32,000 nucleotides of DNA, taken from NCBI RefSeq assembly GCF_900167395.1, contig NZ_FUWK01000001.1, forward strand, positions 1-32,000, in the 5' to 3' direction. Source of the DNA: Nitrosomonas europaea (GTDB taxonomy: Bacteria; Pseudomonadota; Gammaproteobacteria; Burkholderiales; Nitrosomonadaceae). The position numbers and the translations under genes are program-made. This document shows positions 29,839-32,000 of the stretch, in pieces. The notes below the pieces were generated by a model. It was not told the origin of the DNA. It did not search any database and was given only the letters and a program-made list of their open reading frames with translations. How positions within the stretch are numbered: position 1 is the stretch's first letter; each line of letters begins with the position of its first letter.

Positions 29839-30153
29839 ATGATGAAAACAGCTTGGTTAGGTACATTTGCTGCTTCAGCATTATTAGTAGCCGGTTATGC
29901 TCAGGCAGATGCCGATTTAGCCAAAAAGAACAACTGTATCGCCTGCCATCAGGTCGAAACAAAAGTCGTTGGCCCTGCACTTAAAGACATCGCAGCCAAA
30001 TATGCTGATAAAGACGATGCAGCCACATATCTGGCAGGTAAAATCAAAGGCGGCAGCAGCGGTGTATGGGGACAGATTCCAATGCCGCCAAACGTCAACG
30101 TGAGCGATGCAGATGCCAAAGCACTGGCAGACTGGATCCTGACGCTCAAATGA
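29839..30153 (+). CDS. Periplasmic monohaem cytochrome c-551/c-552
   Basis: Signal peptide, then DADLAKKNNCIACHQVETKVVGPALKDIAAKYA...GVWGQIPMPPN (CxxCH plus a distal Met). The mature sequence matches my recollection of Nitrosomonas europaea cytochrome c-552. Confidence 0.92.
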   Translation: MMKTAWLGTFAASALLVAGYAQADADLAKKNNCIACHQVETKVVGPALKDIAAKYADKDDAATYLAGKIKGGSSGVWGQIPMPPNVNVSDADAKALADWILTLK

Positions 30154-30177
30154 CCTGACGTTTAAGTTTGAATGCGG

Positions 30178-30210
30178 GCCGATACCGGAAACTGTATCGG
30201 CTTTTTTGTT
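30178..30210 (+). terminator. Rho-independent terminator after the cytochrome c gene
   Basis: GCCGATAC (30178-30185), an 8-nt loop, GTATCGGC (30194-30201), then TTTTTTGTTT. Confidence 0.8.
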
Positions 30211-30368
30211 TCTGCAACATCCTTCTGTGATACCTCTGTGATGCCTGTCCGTTTGCAGATACTCACGAAATACATTCCAAGCCGTGCCAGTCGGCCCGTT
30301 TGACAATACCTTGCGCTTTCACTACATTCTTTTGGAATACCCTTTCCAATTCCATCTATCAGACAATC

Positions 30369-31337
30369 ATGCTTACGGTTTTTCTCGATTTCGGTTCTGT
30401 TACCCGCGGTGATATCGATAGAACGGTGCTGGAGCAAGTCGTATCCCCCTGGGTTTATCATGACAACACTTCCCGGGAGCAGGTAGCAGAACGAATCAGG
30501 GAAGCAGAAATCGTCGTCAGCAATAAAACGCTGCTGGACCGTTCAGCCCTGGATGCTGCAAACAAGCTGAAACTGATATGTGTGGCGGCAACCGGTTATA
30601 ACAACGTCGATCTGATCGCGGCTGCCGAGCGCAACATTCCGGTATGCAATGTGCGCAACTATGCCACCGGCTCCGTCGCTCAGCATGTTTTCATGTTCAT
30701 GCTGAACTTTGCCTGCCGTTTCGTGGAATATCAGCAACTGATAAAACGAGGTGGCTGGCAGGCGAGTTCCTATTTCTGTCCGCTTGATTTCGGAATCACA
30801 GAACTGGCCGGAAAAACACTCGGTATTGTCGGATACGGAGAACTGGGCAATGCGGTGGCAAACATTGCCAAAGCATTCGGGATGAAATTGCTGATCGCCG
30901 AACACAAATCTGCTTCAACCATCCGGCCTGGACGAACAGCATTCGATGAGGTCATCCGTCAGACGGATTTCATTACCCTGCACTGCCCTTTGTCGGAAGA
31001 TACCCGCCACCTGATCAGCAACCGGGAGCTGAACCTGATGAAGCCTTCGGCATACCTGATCAATACCGCCCGCAGTGGCCTGATCGATGAAACCGATCTG
31101 CTGAAAAGCCTTTACTCAAAACATATTGCCGGTGCAGCCATCGATGTCCTGAAAGAAGAACCGCCAGTCAGTGGTAATCCACTGCTGGATTACCCTCATC
31201 CGAATCTCATCATCACACCCCACTCTGCCTGGGCCAGTGTGGAATCCCGACAACGCATGCTCAATCTGCTGGCAGATAACATACGCAATTTCCTGCACAA
31301 CAAGCCTTTCAACCAGATCAAAGATGCGTTGGCCTGA
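30369..31337 (+). CDS. D-isomer-specific 2-hydroxyacid dehydrogenase (glycerate dehydrogenase / hydroxypyruvate reductase-like)
   Basis: I prefer the ATG at 30369 (MLTVFLD...). Motifs: LICVAATGYNNVDL, NAD fold LGIVGYGELGNAVA, LINTARSGLIDE, ITPHSAWAS. Confidence 0.85.
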   Translation: MLTVFLDFGSVTRGDIDRTVLEQVVSPWVYHDNTSREQVAERIREAEIVVSNKTLLDRSALDAANKLKLICVAATGYNNVDLIAAAERNIPVCNVRNYATGSVAQHVFMFMLNFACRFVEYQQLIKRGGWQASSYFCPLDFGITELAGKTLGIVGYGELGNAVANIAKAFGMKLLIAEHKSASTIRPGRTAFDEVIRQTDFITLHCPLSEDTRHLISNRELNLMKPSAYLINTARSGLIDETDLLKSLYSKHIAGAAIDVLKEEPPVSGNPLLDYPHPNLIITPHSAWASVESRQRMLNLLADNIRNFLHNKPFNQIKDALA

Positions 31338-31503
31338 TAACCCGTTATTTCTCCAGAAAGAGAATCTGCCGGGCTCTGGAACTCCTTTCTGTTCCAGGCT
31401 GTTTCTGTATTCAATTTGACAAACCACCTGATCCTCATTACTTTCGCGTTCCGTAAGTCCAGGATCAGCCTGGTCATCCGAAAGCCTTGAAGGAAAACTG
31501 ATT

Positions 31504-32000
31504 ATGGTCAGCCCTTTTCGCCAGCACCGCCGTATCCTTGTGGCCAGTCTGGTTGGAACCACCATCGAATTTTATGATTTTTATATCTACGCCACCGCGG
31601 CAGCACTGGTATTCGGGCCGTTGTTCTTTCCTGCAGAATCTCCATCTGCACAATTGATGCTGTCATTCCTGAGCTTCAGCCTCGCCTTCATTGCGCGTCC
31701 TTTCGGTGCAGTTTTGTTTGGTCACTTCGGAGACCGAATCGGCAGAAAATCAACGTTGGTTGCCTCATTATTGCTGATGGGGATATCGACCCTGCTAATT
31801 GCGTTCCTGCCCACCTATTCGACAGCTGGCTGGATAGCCCCGCTGTTATTGTGCATTCTGCGTTTTGGCCAGGGACTGGGTCTGGGCGGCGAATGGGGAG
31901 GCGCAGCGTTGCTGGCTGTTGAAAATGCTCCTCCGGGATGGCGTGGCCGGTTCGGAATGGTGCCTCAGTTGGGCGCTCCGATTGGATTCCTTGCAGCAAA
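31504..32000 (+). CDS. MFS transporter, metabolite:H+ symporter (MHS) type, N-terminal part; runs off the right edge of the window
   Basis: MVSPFRQHRRILVASLVGTTIEFYDFYIYATAAALVFGPLFFP...ARPFGAVLFGHFGDRIGRKSTLV...RFGQGLGLGGEWGGA. The frame is open to the end of the window. Confidence 0.85.
   Translation, partial: MVSPFRQHRRILVASLVGTTIEFYDFYIYATAAALVFGPLFFPAESPSAQLMLSFLSFSLAFIARPFGAVLFGHFGDRIGRKSTLVASLLLMGISTLLIAFLPTYSTAGWIAPLLLCILRFGQGLGLGGEWGGAALLAVENAPPGWRGRFGMVPQLGAPIGFLAA

Noticed and set aside
30162-30461. Minus-strand 99-aa ORF between the cytochrome c gene and the dehydrogenase gene
   Set aside because: It overlaps the terminator and the dehydrogenase start and has no RBS or motif.

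Overview
The centre of this window (8127-21310) is a complete type III-A-like (Csm) CRISPR-Cas island on the + strand. Gene order is cas10(HD+GGDD)-csm2-csm3-csm4-csm5-abrB-cas6-csx16-csx1, then a 497 bp gap, then an NE0113-family CARF gene and cas2-cas1-cas2. A leader follows, then an array of 7 intact 36-nt repeats plus one degenerate terminal repeat. Left of the island are an IS1595-type transposase fragment abutting a truncated multi-PAS gene and a small stress cluster (BON, CsbD, DUF1328, BON). Next comes a Fur-controlled fecI-fecR pair whose TonB-dependent transducer gene is a pseudogene. Right of the island are housekeeping genes: dapE, an MlaFE-like ABC pair, lgt, ilvD, a thioredoxin-domain gene, cytochrome c-552, a 2-hydroxyacid dehydrogenase and a partial MFS gene. 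From memory, the cytochrome c-552 sequence and the NE0113 and Csx16 (VVA1548) families point to a Nitrosomonas europaea-like betaproteobacterium; I could not verify this. The points most worth a second look all lie in the CRISPR island. They are three stacked cOA-related accessory genes and a GGCAAGCTTGCC palindrome recurring at module junctions. There is also an orphan AbrB gene inside the effector operon, a Csm5 with an Ala-rich C-terminal extension, two divergent cas2 genes flanking cas1, and two adjacent spacers sharing a 24-nt core. All family assignments come from reading motifs by eye; no database search was run.
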